Below are positions 61,047 to 64,000 of a DNA stretch of 64,000 bases, piece after piece. This DNA is from Marsupella aquatica (taxonomy: Eukaryota > Plantae > Marchantiophyta): contig OZ316899.1 in the NCBI GenBank assembly GCA_973895155.1, forward strand, positions 3,971,241 to 4,035,240, read 5' to 3'. The notes beneath the pieces were generated by a model. The model worked only from the letters and a program-made list of their open reading frames with translations, had not been told where the DNA came from and did not search any database. Made by a program: the position numbers and the translations under genes. Numbering within the stretch: position 1 is the stretch's first letter; each line of letters opens with the position of its first letter.

Positions 61047-62111
61047 TCAGGTGCCAAAGAGAAAAATTGGTAAGTTGGGAGGATGTCTCTCAAAGCCATG
61101 TCAAGCCAAAATTGTTCAACTTTCACCTCTTGGAGCGCCAATATACTTAACGGTGCCTCCACTGATTTGACCCAGTGCTTAACTACATGTTTTCAGTTTG
61201 TCTCACATAACCCGCACACATTCCATGACGCAATTGAAAGCAGTTCACCCATCCTGCCTGGGAACTCACTCTGTTGGGCCCACTTCCTTCTCAGTTGCCA
61301 ATCCTTTATATACACTAGTAGAAAGCGAGGCAATTTAGACTGAACCTTATAGGACTAAGCCTGCTAAGTCCTTTTTACATACTCTAAACGACTAGGAACT
61401 ATTGTACCGGTTCACATGAACACTAGAAAAGACTTTCAATGTTTAATGATTTATGAAAAGACTATGACATGTAACCTTGGTACTTTTTGAAGGGTGAACA
61501 CTCTAGTATGTCATTGGTTTTATTGTTGGCTATTGATAATGATAATTGGGGGGGGGGGTTGCACAACTAATTAATTAGCTTCTTTAATTTTTTTAGAGTG
61601 ATTTGGCAGAGTGTCATAGTAGTTGTCCTCCATGTTAAAAGTGCATGGGTCTTTGCCAAATAGTAAGTCCTAGTATTATGCTCAATGGATTTTCCTTCCT
61701 GTCTAGTGGAGGTTTTGTGGAGAGGGTTTACAATCGCGAGGCAACGAGCGGGAACCAGCACATTTACTTCATAGGTGTTGGGAGATGACAGTTCGGACGC
61801 TGCGTTTTATGGTTCTCTCGCAAGGGTCGGCTCAACTTTAGGGTTCCAGAGTGTCTGGAAAACGGGAAGGCCAGTTAGTGACTAGTTTGAAAGCCACTTA
61901 TGTGACTTTTGTGTGTAAGTCATGAGGAAGTCATAAAAGAAGTACGTTTTCAAAGTATGTTACAATTAATTTCTACACCTTTCATAAGGAACTCAATGTC
62001 TACTTGAATGAGGTTAGTTACTTTATTGTGGATTTAAGGTTTATTTGGGACTTTTATATTTTCAAGAAGATTCACATTATATGACATTTAGGCCTGGAAG
62101 TATTTACATAT

Positions 62112-62276
62112 TGTTATAACCCTAGTTAGACCTAGTATAACCCAGGGTTATGTCTACTCTACCAGGGGCAGGAATAACTGCCTAACTACCAAGTCCTTAG
62201 GGACACACTATGTAACACCTCGAAGATGGAATGGAAGGATTGATTCTATGGAGAACACAACACGTTATCAGCACGA
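62112..62276 (+). mobile_element. Bianca-type 5' LTR (~151 bp) plus PBS of a third copia element C; coding region not present
   Basis: TGTTATAAC...CACAACA followed by CGTTATCAGCACGA at 62263-62276. Confidence 0.75.
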
Positions 62277-62519
62277 TGTGCTCCACACATTTTTTTCTTC
62301 CTCCCGATCAATTCGTCAGCCAAAGGGACAGCGGACAACATTTCTCTTTCTGATCCACAATTCGGACGATCCACAATTCGGACGATCAGAAGTAGCAATC
62401 CAACAAATTATTATGAATGTGGTGCGTCCCCTGCCTCCCCAAACCCAAGAAACCCCCTTGGTCAAGCCGATTCCCGCAGGTTTCGTCCTTGGCGAGGCCG
62501 TTTCCGCGGTTTAGCGGCA

Positions 62520-64000
62520 TGGGACGTTGCTAATCTATTATCAACATTTTACACACATATACAGGACAGATCCTTCATCGGGTCATAAGATACTTAGCCG
62601 GCCTATTCTAGTCCCTCCCTTGTATTCCTCTCCTGGTCCTCCATTAGGTATGTTTGGATTCCGCCACCGGAATGATCCCCAATTGGCTTGGTTAAGCCGC
62701 TAAGAACTCTCTCAGCTCGACACATCCAACTCTCACTCCCCTGCTTACTTCTATTCCTCTATTAGTTGATGTGGGCACTCTTCACACAAGTTAATGCGAC
62801 ACACAAATAGCAAAATGACTCCTTCTGACTGAGTTATACCATGCACTTGCCATACAAACAGTACATCTCATACACAAGCTCTGCGAACTAAGCCGTGAGG
62901 CCAACTCTATTCAGTTCTTAAGTATGAGGAAACATGAATATATACAAGGGTCACTGTATAACTAACCGAGAGCTTCTCTTACTACTTGATCCCAGCCCTG
63001 CTGGTGCAACTAAAAACTTGCTAAAGAAGAGGCCCTGAACTCCCCGCAGCCCAGGTACTTATCCTGGTTGTGGATCCGCCTAATTCCTTGCAGCGTAAGC
63101 CTAAACTACCTATTGTAATCTACCTAACTATAATCTACCTAAGTATAGCGAGGCAGGAGCACAAGTGTCGTCCACACCCGTGGATCCAAAATCCCACTAA
63201 TCTAAGTGTCAGGGCCGTCTCCTGATCCTGATCCTAAGTCTAAACTTGGAGATCAGCGCCCGCCCTGCCCACTCACGCCTCCTACCTCCACGTCCGCCCT
63301 CCCTAAAAGGGACGGCGCCCTTACACCGTCACGACACCGGTGGCTGGTCCTCAATGGACGCCCCCAACGCTTCCTCTATAGCCACTGCCATTGGTCCGTC
63401 CTCTGACAGATTACCTGCCCCTGATCGAGTCAACTCTTCATCGGCCTGACTGGGTCCACCCTCGGCTTCGGCCTTTAGCATTGGTCACGGCCTCTGCTAC
63501 GGCTACGGCCTCCCCGGCATGTTCTAGTGAAGGACCTGGTATCTCGGCAGCATTACTGGTTCTCCCGTCTTCGGCCTTGCCATCTTCACTTCCTAGGACT
63601 GGTGGATCCACTACCGTGCCGATGCCGGAGGTTGGTGCCGGGTTTATCTTCTCGGTCACAATCGCTTGAGAAGCCGTATAACTCCCAGACCTAGAAGGTT
63701 TCCGCTTCTTCTTCTTCCCTATTTCGACAGCCGGTTCCTTCCCCTTGCCACTTACCTCCAACACCGGGGTGAGTGTTATGGCTTGTCCTTCGGCCAATAC
63801 TACCCCTGGTAATTGGGTTCCACCAATTGGAGTTGGACCTGATGAAGCCAAGCATTTAAATACTGCGGCTTGTGTCTTCAGCCGCTCCGTTTGGTTGTCG
63901 GCCCGCCGCTGTAGGTTCTCCATCTTCCTCGTGATTTCCTCCAACTCCTCCTGGGTCTCGTCCAGGTCCTTGCGCGCCTCCTCCGCTCCTTATTGGCTTC
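62520..64000 (-). mobile_element. Probable LTR-retrotransposon fragment with a coiled-coil ORF running off the window
   Basis: Frame open from the window end through 63438 (EARKDLDETQEELEEITRKMENLQRR...); no diagnostic domain; boundaries unresolved. Confidence 0.35.

Larger units (their letters stand above)
53147..61252 (-). mobile_element. Decayed L1-like LINE ORF2 (APE endonuclease, RT, C-terminal Cys motif), split by two insertions; ORF1 not seen
   Basis: ATG at 61252, then SWNVCGL...LQEVK; SDHDPV; KSRGPDG; WRPLTMLN; LKLDFEK; GVHQGCPL; LADD; CKCC...ESLSHLFIRC. Frame restored across TSDs TCAGG and AATGA. 18-bp tandem duplication gives KISPQQKISPQQ. Confidence 0.92.

Noticed and set aside
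61548-61565. G11 run as the PPT of an element carrying the 58262-59946 ORF
   Set aside because: TSD TCAGG closes that unit at 61046 and the LINE resumes after it; the G run remains unexplained.

Overview
Eukaryotic nuclear DNA, almost entirely nested transposable elements. It looks like a non-seed land plant, plausibly a liverwort; that is an inference from element types and protein style, not a database match. No rRNA, tRNA gene, CRISPR array or intact host gene was found. From left to right: (1) a very recent, intact Athila-like Ty3/gypsy element (1-11150, minus strand, 2021-aa ORF, near-identical LTRs) inserted in a Bianca-type copia. (2) An ~11 kb Mutator-like DNA transposon (~18.3-29.3 kb) with a spliced GCM-like/DDE/SWIM transposase and a divergent five-exon ~1212-aa cargo gene (ParB/Srx domain plus beta-class N4/N6 DNA-methyltransferase-like domain). 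Its non-coding parts carry 21 copies of the palindrome AGCGCCnGGCGCT. (3) A four-level nest at 30871-52626 around a chromovirus whose LTRs have non-canonical AGT...ACT ends. (4) A LINE (53.1-61.3 kb) with further insertions. Two TSD-flanked solo-LTR-like units (44975-49298 and 57419-61046) each contain a long homologous ORF inside the LTR. Best candidates for an undescribed system: the MULE with ParB-MTase cargo plus its palindrome array, then the LTR-embedded ORF family and the AGT...ACT LTRs. All gene models and TSDs were read by eye and need computational confirmation.
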